Source: an uncultured Acidobacteriota bacterium (GTDB lineage: Bacteria > Acidobacteriota > Vicinamibacteria > Vicinamibacterales > CAVVIG01). Taken from it: DNA of 64,000 nucleotides. Positions 1 to 11,093 of the stretch are shown in pieces. The translations under genes and the position numbers were made by a program. The first letter of the stretch is position 1. The number at the start of each line of letters is the position of its first letter. The stretch lies in assembly GCA_963724695.1 (NCBI GenBank), contig CAVRVW010000003.1, positions 557,767 to 621,766 on the forward strand, read 5' to 3'. The notes beneath the pieces were generated by a model. That model worked only from the letters and a program-made list of their open reading frames with translations, searched no databases and was not told the origin of the DNA.

Positions 1-431
1 GGAGCCTGGGCGACTGCTGGATCGCACCCGACGAGCGCGAGCGGCCAGGCGGCAGATCCGCAGCCGCGCCGGATACGGCAGCAGCGAGAACAGCACGCGC
101 CGGAACAGCCGATCGCCCGAGCGTTCGTGAGTGGTGGTGCTCGATGGCCGCGCGCGTGTGCTCGATGAGCGGGCGCGTAGCGGACGCCGGACGGGCAGGC
201 GGTTTCGCAGGCCATGCAGCCGAGGCAGGTGTCGAAGTGCTCGACGACCGGCGCCGTCAGCGATGCGCGACCCTCGAGCCCGGCCTTCATCAGTACGATG
301 CGTCCGCGCGGCGAATCCATCTCCTGACCGAGCAGCAGGTAGCTGGGACAGGTGGACAGGCAGAAGCCGCAGTGCACGCACTTGTCCATCAGTGGCGTCA
401 GCGGCTCGAGCTCGGCGAAGGGCGTCGTCAC
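1..431 (-). pseudogene. glcF: Glycolate oxidase iron-sulfur subunit GlcF, 5' part only (runs off the window), frameshifted
   Basis: GTG at 431..429 lies 3 nt after the glcE stop. The translation [51 protein letters not shown]...[21 protein letters not shown] carries two CxxCxxCxxxCP motifs. The frame changes twice between about 170 and 125 (YAP|[13 protein letters not shown]|[23 protein letters not shown]). Confidence 0.8.
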
Positions 432-434
432 GGC

Positions 435-1635
435 TCAGAGGCCTCCGGGACCGCCGCCGGGGTTCAGAGTGCCGTGCGGATCGAACCGCGCCTTGACGGC
501 CTGCATCAGCCCGAATCCGTTGCCCGCGTCGCCCCAGGGACCAGCCAGCTGCATGACCGTCCGGTTCGCCGCGAGGATGACGGCGCTGCCGCGGCGCGGC
601 TCGACAGCCCGGCGAATCGCCGTGATAGTCCCGGCTTGAGCGTCGTCGGGCCGTCGAGGGCCACGTAGAACACACCCAGGACCGCGTGGCCGGCCGCGCG
701 CCACCGGACACTCTGCGCCCGGGCGCAACGACTGACGATGTCGAGCATGGCGGCGACGTCGGTCGGCAGCACCGCGACCCTCAGGACCGCGTGCCCGTCG
801 CCAGAGGTGCTGCTGGCGCCCCAGATGAGTGCTCTGCGATCGCGCCACGCGGCTGCCTGGAGCGGCTCGTCAACGCGTGCGACCTGGAACCCCGCGTCGA
901 GGCAGAACCTGGCAGCCGCCGACGCCTGGCGGTCGGCCGCCGCCGCAGTGGTTTCGAACCGCAGGAGCAGACGGGGCACGGGGGCGTCGAGTTCGACGGC
1001 GGTCGGCGTGAGTGGCTGCGCCGCCAGCGCGAGTGCGGCCCCGGCAAGCCGGCGGATCCCGTCCGATTCTCCGCCCGCCCACGTGACCGCCATCGTGATG
1101 GCGGCGCGGCAGGGGCACCAGCTTGAAGGTCGCGCGCGTCACCACGGCGAGACAGCCGAAGGATCCGCAGACGAGCCGCGCCGAGATCGTAGCCGGCGAC
1201 GTTCTTGACGACGCGCCCGCCCGCCTTGACCAGGCGTCCGTCGGCGAGCGCCAGATCGACGCCGATGATGAGGTCGCGCGGCGCCCCGTAGCGATGGCGC
1301 GCGGGACCGCTCTCGTTGGCGGCAACCATGCCGCCGATCGTCGACGTGTTCCGGCAGAGGGGATCGAGCGGCAGCCACTGGCCGGCCTGGGCCAGCCGCG
1401 CGTTGACTTCGGCGAGCGTGACGCCGGCCGAGAGCGTGGCCGTCAGGTCGCCGCCGCAGTGCTCGATGTCCCGCGGCAGGCCGGCCAGGGAGAGCATCGC
1501 ATCCGCGCGGGCGGGCGGGGCCCCGCGGCCTCGCCTGGTACCGGCCCCCTGCGGCACGACGGCGAGGCGCTCGTTGTCGCCGCGGCGAGCATGGCCGCGA
1601 GCGTGGCGACATCGCCGGGGCTCGAGGACGGTCAT
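435..1635 (-). pseudogene. glcE: Glycolate oxidase FAD-binding subunit GlcE, multiple frameshifts
   Basis: ATG 1635..1633 overlaps the glcD stop (ATGA). Pieces in three frames join into a GlcE-like protein: MTVLEP(GDVATLAAMLAAA)DNERLAVVPQGAGT...AGVTLAEVNARLAQAGQWLPLDP...VVKNVAGYDLG|RLVCGSFGCLAVVTRATFKLVPLP|AAITMAVTWAGG...VLGVFYVALDGP|...GLMQAVKARFDPHGTLNPG. Frame changes fall near 1617, 1575, 1190, 1105 and 655. Confidence 0.8.
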
Positions 1636-3109
1636 CAGAATCGCTCGGCCAGGCCGGCGCGCTCGAGCGGATGCGCGCGATAGGGACCGGGCACCTCGCC
1701 GCAGAGCCGCGGCGTGGGAAACACCTTGCCCGGATTGCAGAGCCCGGACGGATCGAAGGCGCAGCGCACGCAGCTGCATCGTGTCGAGGTCGTCGGCGCT
1801 GAACATCTCGGCCATGTACGCCTTCTTGTCGACACCGACGCCGTGCTCGCCGGTGATGCTGCCGCCCGCCTCGATGCAGTAGGTCAGGATCTCGGACGCG
1901 ACCTCTTCGGCGTGCTCGGCCTGGCCGGGCATCGGACTCGTCGTAGCAGATGAGCGGGTGCAGGTTGCCGTCGCCGGCGTGGAAGACGTTGCCGATGCGC
2001 AGCCCGGACCGTCGCTTCGAGCTCGCGGATTCGGCGCAGCACTTCAGGCAGCCGGGTCCGCGGCACGACGCCGTCCTGCACGTAGTAGTTCGGGGAGACG
2101 CGGCCCATGGCGGCGAAGGCCGCCTTGCGGCCCTTCCAGATCCGCTCGCGCGCGGCCGCGTCGCGCGCGATTTCGATCGTCGACGCGCCAGACTGCCGGC
2201 AGACCGTCTCGACGAGGGCGAAAAGCTCGTCCACTTCCTCGCGCGGACCGTCGAGCTCGACGATCAGGACGGCGTCGGTGCGCGGAAAACCAGGGTGCAC
2301 GGCGGCCTCGGCGGCGTCGATCGTCAGCCGGTCCATCATCTCGACGGCGGCCGGCACGATCCCGCACGCGATGATGGCCGAGACCGCTGCGCCTGCCGCA
2401 TCGATGGTGTCGAATCCCGCCAGCAGCGTCAGGACGGCTTCGGGCCGCCGCAGGATGCGCAGCGTGGCCTTGGTGACGACCGCCAGCGTGCCCTCCGAGC
2501 CGACCAGCACGCCGAGCAGATCGAGCCCGGGCGCATCGAGGGCTCCGCCGCCGAGCTGCACGATCTCGCCGTCGGGCAGCACCGCCTCGACGCCGAGGAC
2601 GTGGTGCACGGTGAAGCCGTACTTCAGGCAGTGCGCGCCGCCGGAGTTCTCGGCGATGTTGCCGCCGATCGAGCAGACGATCTGGCTCGAAGGATCCGGC
2701 GCGTAGTAGCACCCGAAGGGCGCGACCGGCGCGTGATCTCCGAGATTGGTGACGCCGGGCTCGACGGTGATGCGGTAGTTCGGGATGTCGACATCGAGAA
2801 TCCGGTTGAGGCGCGACAGCACGATCAGCACGCCGTCGGGCACGGGCAACGCGCCGCCGGACAGACCGGTGCCGTGGCCGCGCGCGACGAAGGGCACGCG
2901 TTCTGCCGTGGCAGAGCCGGACCACGGCCTGAACCTCGGCGGCCGACGACGGCAGCACGACCGCGCCTGGGATGGCGCGCAGGTGCACGAGCGCGTCGGA
3001 CTCGTAGGTCAGCAGGTCCGCCGTGTCGGTCAGGAGACCACGCGGCCCGACGCAGCTCGCGGAGCCGCTCCAGGAACGCCCGGTCAACGTGGCGGAAGGA
3101 GTCGGTCAT
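1635..3109 (-). pseudogene. glcD: Glycolate oxidase subunit GlcD (FAD-linked oxidase), multiple frameshifts
   Basis: ATG 3109..3107 overlaps the stop of the upstream gene (ATGA). Joined pieces: MTDSFRHVDRAFLERLRE|VGPRGLLTDTADLLTYESDAL..AAEVQAVVRLCHG|VPFVARGHGTGLSGGALP...SIGGNIAENSGGAHCLKYG...LPEVLRRIRELE|GLRIGNVFHAGDGNLHPLICYDES|GQAEHAEEVASEILTYCIEAGGSITGEHGVGVDKKAYMAEMF..DTMQL|CAFDPSGLCNPGKVFP. Frame changes fall near 3055, 2900, 2000, 1932 and 1770. Confidence 0.85.
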
Positions 3110-4347
3110 TCGTTGAGCTGGGGGATGATCCGCAGCCCCGTTGGGGCAAGCGGTGGCCCGACCACGCGAAGAATCGACCCCGCATAGTTCACGATGAACA
3201 GCTCGCCGTCGGAATCGACACCGAACGACGACACGTTGCCGAGGGTCGCGCGGCCGCCGAGCATCGCCGTGTGCTCGATGAGATCCGAGGCCGTGGCCTC
3301 GCCGCCGCCGCCGACCGTGAGGGCAACGGACCAGACGCGACCCGACACGAAGTCCGCGAAGAAGTAACGCCGCGGTAGCCGGCGCCGAGCCCTTGCCCAC
3401 GGTACACGTATCCGCCTGTGACCGACGCGCCCGAAGATCGGTCGTACTCGAACATCGGATCGACCAGCGGGCCGAACGCCGGCCCCGGCGAGGTCACGTT
3501 GTTGTGGGCGCCTTCGCGGTTGGACCATCCGTAGTTGCGGCCGCCGCGGCCGGCGGGCTCGTAGTCGATCTCCTCCCACGCGCCCTGGCCCACGTCGCCG
3601 ATGATCAAGGCGCCGGTGCCGCCGCGCGCCGGGTCGTCGAACGAGTACCGCCACGGATTCCGCAGGCCGAAGCTCCAGATCTCGGGCAGAGTGCCCGCCG
3701 GGCCCGCGTTCACGAACGGATTGCTCGGTGGCACCCAGTACCCGTTGGGATCGTCGACGTTGACGTTGATGTCGATGCGCAGCATCTTGCCGAGCAGCTG
3801 CGTTGGGTTTTGTGCCCGGTGTTGCGGATCGTTGCCGGCGCCGCCGTCGCCGAGGCCGACGTACAGGAAACCGTCCGGGCCAAACGCCAGGTGTCCGCCG
3901 TTGTGGTTGGCGAACGGCTGGTCGATGATCCTCGTCGAACCGCCCCAGCGAAGATCGAGCCTGGACGCCGCGTCGGCGACCAGCGGATTGGCCGAACGCG
4001 TGAACCGGGCGACCACCGTGTCCCCCTGCACGTTGGTGAAGTTGACGTAGCACCAGCCGCTGGACGCGTAGTTGGGGGCGAGGGCCATCCCCAGCAGGCC
4101 CTGCTCCCCGCCCGAGACGGACGGATCCGCGGAGGTCGAGAAAGTCCTGCGCCAGCACCGTGCCCGCCGAAACGACGCGGATGCGCCCGCCCTGCTCGAC
4201 GACGAACTGCACGTTGCGGTTGGTCGGATCCTGCACGATCGCCACGGGCAGCGAGAACCCAGAGGCGTACACCGACGCGCCGATGGGCTGAGCACCGGCT
4301 GCGGAAGGCCATAGCATCGCGACGAGGAGACACGCCAAGGCTCGCAT
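3106..4347 (-). pseudogene. Secreted PQQ-dependent (sorbosone/glucose-type) sugar dehydrogenase, two frameshifts
   Basis: ATG at 4347 is followed by the signal peptide MRALACLLVAMLWPSAAGAQP. Motifs present: EQGLLGMALAPNY, ANHNGGHLAFGPDGFLYVGLGDGG, WSFGLRNPWRYSFD, GGYVYRG and YFFADFVSGRVW. Frame changes fall near 4145 and 3370. Confidence 0.75.
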
Positions 4348-4377
4348 GTCCGCATCGTAACCCAGCGAGGCGGAGGC

Positions 4378-5835
4378 TTGCGCTATCATCGGGGCACCGT
4401 GCCGAGGCGACCCCGATGGACGTTCGTCGCCGCGTGGCTCGCGCTCGCGTGTCTGCCCCTCGTTGCGTGCACCGGAGGCGACGGCCCGCCGTCTGCGCCT
4501 GTGCCTGGACCCGGCGGCGGCGTTCAAGTGAACGGCACCGAGCGGATGGGGTGGGAGCAGCCCGCGCCGAGCTTCGCCGAACTGCAGACCTACGGCTATC
4601 TCGCCTACGTGGACGATGTCCCTGTGGGCCTGCCGGGGGTGACCTGCGAGTCAAGTCCAGGCGTCAACGGCTTTCTCTGTTCGGCGCGCTTGCCGCCGAT
4701 GACGCCAGGTCTCCACATGATCGCGCTGTCGGCCTACGTCGATCGAGGCAGCCGGTGGGAGGGTCCAAAGTCCGCTCCGCTGCAGGTACGGCTCGTGACG
4801 ATGGCCACGAGCGTCGTCCCCACGACAGCCGACGCCGGCACCGGCACCCTGGTTCGACGCCTCACGACGCTCGACGGTGTCTTGCTTCAAGCCCACGTTG
4901 TGGCATCGGGGCTCGTGGACCCCACGGACCTGGTCGTCGTGCCCGATGGCCGCGTGCTGGTCGCCGAGCGCGCCGGACGCGTGCGCGTGTTCCGTGACGG
5001 GCAGCTGGCCGATCGACCGGCGCTGGTCTTGAGCGACGTCGAGGGTCCCGACGCAGGGGAGCTCCTCGCGCTCGCGATCGATCCAGAGTTCCAGGAGACC
5101 GCAGCCGTTTATGCCGTGTACACCACGCCGGCAGGGTTCCGGCTGGCGCGTTTCCACGCGGTGGGCGACGTGCTGCGCGATCGCGCCATCCTTCTCGACG
5201 GTGTCGAGGCCGGCGATGCCCGTCCCGGCGCGGCGCTCAGGGTCGGGCCCGACCGCAAGCTGTACGCCGCCTTCGACGACGGCGGCGATCCACACAAGGC
5301 GGGGGATCTCGGGGCGTTCAGCGGGAAGGTGCTCCGGCTCAATCTCGATGGCACCACGCCCGCTGACCAGCCAGGGAGCACGCCGGTGCTGGCTGCCGAC
5401 ATCAACCGGCCCAACAGCCTCGACTGGAGTCTCGATGGCGCGACCCTGTGGGTCGGCGAACGTGATGCGGATGGCGCGGATCGACTGAACGTGATGGTCG
5501 CGGGAGCCCCCGGGGCTCCAGGCGTTATCGGCCCCGAAGCAAGGCCGGCGATGGCGCGCCGATACACGCTGCCGCAGGGCACCGGCGCCAGGGGTGCGGT
5601 TTTCTACTGGGGGCCGGCGATTCCAGCGTTCCAGGGCGATCTCTTCGTAGCCGCGGACACGGCCCGCGCGCTTCTTCGCGTGAGGTTCGAGAGTCCAGGC
5701 TCGAACACGATTGCAGCCACGGAGTGGATCCTGCGCGACGAGCTCGGCCCGATCCGCGGGGTCGCCGTCGCTCCGGACGGCGGCTTGTACTTCTGCACGG
5801 CGGACGCGCTCCTTCTCATCACGCCAGAACGGTAG
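4378..5835 (+). CDS. Lipoprotein with a PQQ-dependent sugar dehydrogenase-like beta-propeller
   Basis: Intact 485-aa ORF. It has a lipobox-like N-terminus (WLALACLPLVAC). Motifs LVDPTDLVVVPDGRVLVAERAGRVRVF, ELLALAIDPEF and FDDGGDPHKAGDLGAFSGKVLRLNLDGT resemble the SGL/sorbosone dehydrogenase fold. The start is uncertain (TTG 4378 or GTG 4399). Confidence 0.65.
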   Translation: MRYHRGTVPRRPRWTFVAAWLALACLPLVACTGGDGPPSAPVPGPGGGVQVNGTERMGWEQPAPSFAELQTYGYLAYVDDVPVGLPGVTCESSPGVNGFLCSARLPPMTPGLHMIALSAYVDRGSRWEGPKSAPLQVRLVTMATSVVPTTADAGTGTLVRRLTTLDGVLLQAHVVASGLVDPTDLVVVPDGRVLVAERAGRVRVFRDGQLADRPALVLSDVEGPDAGELLALAIDPEFQETAAVYAVYTTPAGFRLARFHAVGDVLRDRAILLDGVEAGDARPGAALRVGPDRKLYAAFDDGGDPHKAGDLGAFSGKVLRLNLDGTTPADQPGSTPVLAADINRPNSLDWSLDGATLWVGERDADGADRLNVMVAGAPGAPGVIGPEARPAMARRYTLPQGTGARGAVFYWGPAIPAFQGDLFVAADTARALLRVRFESPGSNTIAATEWILRDELGPIRGVAVAPDGGLYFCTADALLLITPER

Positions 5836-5855
5836 AATGGCGGATTGGAGGTGAG

Positions 5856-6857
5856 GTGATCGACGCGCAGGACGATCGGCAGACGAGCGGCGTCATCAAC
5901 TGCGCGGCGTACTCGGGCGGCAAGCGCATTGCCGATCTGCCGATTTGCGATGTCAGCGAAGCCCTGCAGGAGCACGATCGTTTCGTCTGGATCGGCCTTT
6001 ACGAGCCTGGCGAAGAGGTGCTGCGGCAGGTCCAGCGCGAGTTCGGCCTGCACGACCTCGCGGTGGAAGACGCCCTCGCGGCCCACCAGCGCCCCAAGCT
6101 CGAGCTCTACGACGGGTCGATCTTCGTGGTGCTCCGCACCGCGCAGCTCGACGGTGACCGGCAGCTGGAGTTCGGCGAGACCCATGTGTTCGTGGGGGAG
6201 CGCTACATCATCTCGGTCCGTCACGGGTCGCTCAAGTCGCACATCGGGCTGCGGGCTCGTTGCGAGGCCTCGCCGCAGCTCCTCGGCAAGGGACCAGGGT
6301 ACGTCCTCTACGCCCTCATGGACTTCATCGTCGACCAGTACCTGCCGATTGTGGAGGCGCTCGAAGAGCAGCTTCAGGAGCTCGAAGACCAGATCTTCAA
6401 ACAGAAATTCACGCGCGACACCACCGAGCACATCTACCGGCTCAAACGCGACCTGCTCGGGCTCAAGCGAACGGTCTCACCGCTCGTGGACGTCTGCAAC
6501 CGCCTGATGCGCTTCGATCTGGACCTCATCCCAGACGACACACGCTTGTACTTCCGCGACATCTACGACCACGTCGTCCGGGTCAACGAGATGATCGACA
6601 ACCTGCGCGAGCTGCTGACGACGGCGCTCGAGGCCAACCTGTCGCTCGTCTCCGTGTCGCAGAACGAAGATACGAAGCGGCTCGCCGCCTGGGCCGCGAT
6701 TATCGCCGTCCCGACGATGATCGCCGGCATCTACGGGATGAACTTCTCCAACATGCCCGAACTCCAGTGGGCGTACGGCTACTACGCCGTGATGGCCGTG
6801 ATGGTCACGACCTGTCTCGGCCTGTGGTTCGGGTTCCGCAGATCCGGCTGGCTTTAG
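5856..6857 (+). CDS. corA: Magnesium/cobalt transporter CorA
   Basis: GTG 5856 follows GGAGGTGAG. The sequence includes LAVEDALAAHQRPKLELY and the signature GIYGMNFSNMPEL, followed by a C-terminal TM helix. Confidence 0.9.
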   Translation: MIDAQDDRQTSGVINCAAYSGGKRIADLPICDVSEALQEHDRFVWIGLYEPGEEVLRQVQREFGLHDLAVEDALAAHQRPKLELYDGSIFVVLRTAQLDGDRQLEFGETHVFVGERYIISVRHGSLKSHIGLRARCEASPQLLGKGPGYVLYALMDFIVDQYLPIVEALEEQLQELEDQIFKQKFTRDTTEHIYRLKRDLLGLKRTVSPLVDVCNRLMRFDLDLIPDDTRLYFRDIYDHVVRVNEMIDNLRELLTTALEANLSLVSVSQNEDTKRLAAWAAIIAVPTMIAGIYGMNFSNMPELQWAYGYYAVMAVMVTTCLGLWFGFRRSGWL

Positions 6858-6867
6858 GCAGACTGGG

Positions 6868-9800
6868 CTATCGGATCGTACCGACGCCGATCGCGTCCTT
6901 GATGAACGCGTGCTCCGCCCGGTGGAGGGTGACGAGGAAGGCTTCGGGCGTCTCGTCGGCCGCGTCCGGGAGGACGCGGACGGCGATGGTGCGGCTGAGC
7001 GCGCCCGCCGGGATGACGAGCGTCAACGGCGGACTCGGGGGGACGCCGATGTAGTCCGCGCCGGCGCGTGCGGTGAGGTTGCTGGTCGAGTAGCTCACCC
7101 GCACATCGCGCTCCGACGGGCTGGACAACCGCACGGTGAAGAGGAAGTCGGCGGTGCCTGCCGGCGGCTCGGACCCTGCGGCGTTGTCGATCGACAGAAA
7201 CGCGAAGTCGTCGTCGAGGATCGTCGCGCGGCCCCTGGGATCGCCGAGCTGGGCGCCGGACGGGTTCGACAGGTCGAGGAAGAACGTCTGGTTGTCCTCG
7301 GCGATGCGATCGCCGCTGATCGGCACGAGCACCGTTCTCTGAATGGTGCCGGCGGGGAAGGACAGCGTTCCGGCGGTCGCCACGTAGTCCGAGGCCGCGA
7401 GTGCTGTTTCGTCAGCCGTGCCGAAGTCCACCTTTACTTCCTGCCCGGACGCGCGCGAGAGCCTGACCGAGAAGACCGCGTTGCGCGTGCCCGATGCGCC
7501 CTCGACGACGACCGTGTCGGAGACGAAGAGGCCCGGGAACGAGTCGTTGTCCACGATGGTGCCCACCGCCTGCCCATCGTCGATGAGGGCATTCGACGCG
7601 CCTGACAGCGTCACGAAGAAGGTCTCTGCCGCTTCGCTGAGCCGGTCCCCGGTTATCGCCAACGAGAGCGTCTGCGTCAGGGTTCCCGGGGGGAAGGTCA
7701 GCACGCTGGGGGGAAGCGGCACGTAGTCCACCTGCGCCGCCGCCGTGCCGCCACTCGACTGCGCCGTCACCGAGACCGTCTCGATCGAAGCGACCGACAG
7801 CGAGACCGTCAAACTCGCGGCGACCGACCCCGCGTCGCCTTCGACGATGCTGACGTCGCCGATCCTGAGTCCGGGCGCGACGCTGTGCGTGAGGCTTCCC
7901 GAGCTGGTCACGAAATCGTCGGCGCCGGTGTAGACCGCCGTGACGAGGTGCTGTCCGAGCGAGAGCGACGAGGTGGCCAGGTTTGCGCGGCCGCCCGCGT
8001 CGAGAGGCACCGGGGCGCCAAGCGCCGCCCCTCCCTCCTCGAATCGCACGGCGCCATCGGTGACGGGTCCGCCGTTGCCGGTCACGAGCGCCGTCAGGGT
8101 CACCGGTTGGCCGAAGGCCGACGGGTTCCGCGACGCCGAGAGCACCGTGGCCGTCGCCGCCGGCGCGGGCAGCGTGAAATAGGCGACGAGCGGGTCGTGA
8201 TCGGACAGCCGCGACGCAGGCGTCGCCGCATTGGTCCGGTTCGACTCCGCGAAGTCCGCGTCGATTCTGGCGAACTGGATGCCGCCCGCGCTCAAGTACG
8301 GCAGGAGCGCCTGGCTCACGAGGGCGTGATCGAGCACCTGGGCGCTCCCCCGGAAGACGTAGGAGTACCGGTCGGAGGGCGGGACCAGATCGACGAGGTT
8401 GACGAGGTCGGGCTCCACGAGATCCGCGCTCGGGAGCATGACGGCCGAAGCCGGTGTCGGCTGCCCCTTGATCGTGCCGATGACGTCGACGTAGCCGTCG
8501 TTGAACTGGAAGGCGTTGTAATCGCCGATCGAGATGATCCGCTCGGCCGGATTGGCGGACTGGCGCGCCTGAAGGAGGTTCGCCAGGAACTCGGCCTGCG
8601 CGCGGCGCTTGGTGCGCACCCTCTGACCATCGACCGGATCGTCCACGCCGCTGAGGGATCGCAGGTGATTGACGATCACGGTGACCGGGAACGGCGCGCC
8701 ACCCGGGCGCGGCGCCGTCGCGCGCAGGACCAGCGGCGGACGGTCGTTGAGCGTCTCGAGGACGCCCGTGCCGGGATTGGCAAACGTCGCCGTCCGACCT
8801 TCCTGCACGACATCGATCACCGATACCCGCGAGGACTTGACGAGGAAGCCCACGTCGATGCCGCCGATGTCGTTGCCCTCCTCGAGGTACGCGACGTACC
8901 CGGGGTTGGGTGCGCCCCCGGCGGCCGTGTCGTCGTTGATGCGATCCGCGAGCGCCTGCAGCGTCGCCAGGTTCTCGACTTCCTGCAGGCCGATGATGTC
9001 CGGCGACCGGAGCATGGCCCGCACGATGAGCGAGGCCTTTCTCAACCGGGCTTCGAAGGCCGCCGGCAACAGGACCGGCTCGCCGCTGCCCACCGCGGGG
9101 TCGTTCGCAGTGTCGAAGAAGCGCTGCAGGTTGAACGACGCGACCGTGAGCTCGTCCTGGCTGGGCGCGCGGACAGCCGACGGCGCCGCCCCGCGTCTCG
9201 CGACGACGAGCGGTGTGACCGGATCCTGGAGGATCGTGTACGTGCGCCCGGCGAAGTCGAGCGGGCCCACCGCGCCATTGACAACGTCGCCGGCCGAGAC
9301 CTCCAGCGTCCCCGCCGGGCCGACCTGGCCGTTGCTGTCCACCGCCAGCCGCTCCGGATTGCCGTCGAATCGCGGGGTGGAGGGGGCTCCTGCGGGCAAC
9401 GGCTCGGGGCGTTCCAGGCCAGGCTCGCGGAACGGGCGCGCCACGCCCGTAATGACCGCGCCGAAGACGCCCGTGCTCGCCACGACGCCGGTCGGCTCGA
9501 CCAGCGAGCCCTGCGTCGCCTGTGTCACGGTCAGCGCGCTCGCCTGGACGCGCATTCCCTCGAACCGCTCGAGCTGTTCCAGCCCGCCGCCCGGTTGTGT
9601 GTTCGCCGCGGTCAGGAGGATCGGTGCCGGCAGCACCAGCCCCGTGGCCAGCCCGGTGACCGTGGCGTTGACCAGCTCGGTCTGCGGCGGGCTGCCGGGA
9701 TCGGATGTCGGCACGAACTCGGCGACCGTGCCGACGACGTCCACGAGATTTCCGACCGCCGCGGCCGATGGAATGGCGTTGGCGCTCGTGAACACGAACA

Positions 9801-11001
9801 GACCTTCGGAGGTCGTCGGGTCGGCGTCCGCGGCGTCATCCGCCGTCTGCAGGAAGAAACCGTTGTTGAATCGTTGCGCCGTGACGATTCCGCTCGTCTT
9901 GACCCGTGTCCCCACGAACGGCGACGCGGGTCCGCTGCCCTGAATCTCGGCGATCGAATAGACCGGCGGCGGGGGCGGCGGCGGAGCGACAACGGTCAGC
10001 AGGATGGACGTGCTCGACGTTCGCAGCTGGTCGTCGCGCACGGTCACCGGCAGCGATCGCGGACCGACTGACGCCCCGGCGGGTATCGTCGCCGAGTGCG
10101 AGAACACGTGGTCACCAGCCGTCGCATCTGGCGGCAACCCGTCGTCGACGAAGGACGTGTTGATGGCGCCACCGATGGTCGAGAGATCGGCTGCGACGGA
10201 CAGCCCCGTGCTGTCCGGCGTGATCCCCGGCACGACGGTGACGGTCAGGAGCGTCGAGCCTCCTGGGAGCACCGACGCCGGGTTGGCAAGGCCGGACGCG
10301 GTCGGATTGGTGGTCGACCCGGCAATCTGGATGTCGTCGATGCCCACCCACTCGTCGTTGCCGACGGCGTTGGTGGTCATCACCCGGAGCTGAACGAGCG
10401 GCTGATCGTCGGCGTCAGCCGGCAGCTGCGCTGAGACCGGGGTGACCTGCAGAGCGCTGGCCGCGGTGGTGGCGTCCGCGACGTACGCGTCCGGGAGATT
10501 CGTAAAGTTCCCGGTGTTACCGATGCGGTAATGCAGCGCCACCTGCTGCGCGGCGTTGTCGGCCGACGCGTCGAGATCCCTGACGCGGTACGACACCTTG
10601 ACACCGGTGTAGTCCGTCGTGCGGAGGCTGATCAGGATGAACGGGGCGTCTGCCGTGCCTGAACCGTTCAGGGCGATTGTGGGATCGGCCAAAGCGAACT
10701 CGGCGACACCACCCGTTGAGAACATGTCCGGGTTGCTCTGGTTCGCGTTGACGTCGGGCGTGGTGGTGTAGTCGCCGAGGAGGGTCTGCGGGTCGACGCC
10801 GGTGCCGCTCGTCGCGTCTTCACCAAGGTAGCCGACAATTCCCGGAACGAGGCTCCACGTATCGTGGGCGAGGATCTGGGCGCCATTGGACCAGTCCTGA
10901 ACGAACGGCAGCGCCTGCGGCGCCGAGTCGGCGCGCGGGCCTGATTGGAGGACGGCCAGAGCAGCCGCCAGAAGACCGATCGCGTGGAGGACGCGCTTCA
11001 T
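6868..11001 (-). CDS. ExeM/NucH-family secreted endonuclease (EEP fold) with Ig-like and three Calx-beta-like C-terminal repeats
   Basis: Intact 1377-aa ORF with the signal peptide MKRVLHAIGLLAAALAVLQS. The EEP core runs from LTVASFNLQRFFDT to SRLSDHDPLVAYF. The C-terminus carries repeats of the type VDYVPLPPSVLTFPPGTLTQTLSLAITGDRLSEAAETFFVTL. Confidence 0.75.
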   Translation of the reverse strand: MKRVLHAIGLLAAALAVLQSGPRADSAPQALPFVQDWSNGAQILAHDTWSLVPGIVGYLGEDATSGTGVDPQTLLGDYTTTPDVNANQSNPDMFSTGGVAEFALADPTIALNGSGTADAPFILISLRTTDYTGVKVSYRVRDLDASADNAAQQVALHYRIGNTGNFTNLPDAYVADATTAASALQVTPVSAQLPADADDQPLVQLRVMTTNAVGNDEWVGIDDIQIAGSTTNPTASGLANPASVLPGGSTLLTVTVVPGITPDSTGLSVAADLSTIGGAINTSFVDDGLPPDATAGDHVFSHSATIPAGASVGPRSLPVTVRDDQLRTSSTSILLTVVAPPPPPPPVYSIAEIQGSGPASPFVGTRVKTSGIVTAQRFNNGFFLQTADDAADADPTTSEGLFVFTSANAIPSAAAVGNLVDVVGTVAEFVPTSDPGSPPQTELVNATVTGLATGLVLPAPILLTAANTQPGGGLEQLERFEGMRVQASALTVTQATQGSLVEPTGVVASTGVFGAVITGVARPFREPGLERPEPLPAGAPSTPRFDGNPERLAVDSNGQVGPAGTLEVSAGDVVNGAVGPLDFAGRTYTILQDPVTPLVVARRGAAPSAVRAPSQDELTVASFNLQRFFDTANDPAVGSGEPVLLPAAFEARLRKASLIVRAMLRSPDIIGLQEVENLATLQALADRINDDTAAGGAPNPGYVAYLEEGNDIGGIDVGFLVKSSRVSVIDVVQEGRTATFANPGTGVLETLNDRPPLVLRATAPRPGGAPFPVTVIVNHLRSLSGVDDPVDGQRVRTKRRAQAEFLANLLQARQSANPAERIISIGDYNAFQFNDGYVDVIGTIKGQPTPASAVMLPSADLVEPDLVNLVDLVPPSDRYSYVFRGSAQVLDHALVSQALLPYLSAGGIQFARIDADFAESNRTNAATPASRLSDHDPLVAYFTLPAPAATATVLSASRNPSAFGQPVTLTALVTGNGGPVTDGAVRFEEGGAALGAPVPLDAGGRANLATSSLSLGQHLVTAVYTGADDFVTSSGSLTHSVAPGLRIGDVSIVEGDAGSVAASLTVSLSVASIETVSVTAQSSGGTAAAQVDYVPLPPSVLTFPPGTLTQTLSLAITGDRLSEAAETFFVTLSGASNALIDDGQAVGTIVDNDSFPGLFVSDTVVVEGASGTRNAVFSVRLSRASGQEVKVDFGTADETALAASDYVATAGTLSFPAGTIQRTVLVPISGDRIAEDNQTFFLDLSNPSGAQLGDPRGRATILDDDFAFLSIDNAAGSEPPAGTADFLFTVRLSSPSERDVRVSYSTSNLTARAGADYIGVPPSPPLTLVIPAGALSRTIAVRVLPDAADETPEAFLVTLHRAEHAFIKDAIGVGTIR

Positions 11002-11093
11002 CCTAGATGAGCCATATTAGCCCGGCCGGGTATTGGATTCTCGCCAAAAGTGTGTCTGCGCGGCCGCCCGGCGTCCGGTATACTTTCCGACAT

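Noticed and set aside
1-4347. Programmed ribosomal frameshifting or transcriptional slippage as the explanation for the broken glc operon and other genes.
   Set aside because: There are too many events per gene (up to 5) in both directions. I saw no shared slippery heptamer or downstream pseudoknot, and the affected genes are unrelated housekeeping enzymes never reported to use recoding.
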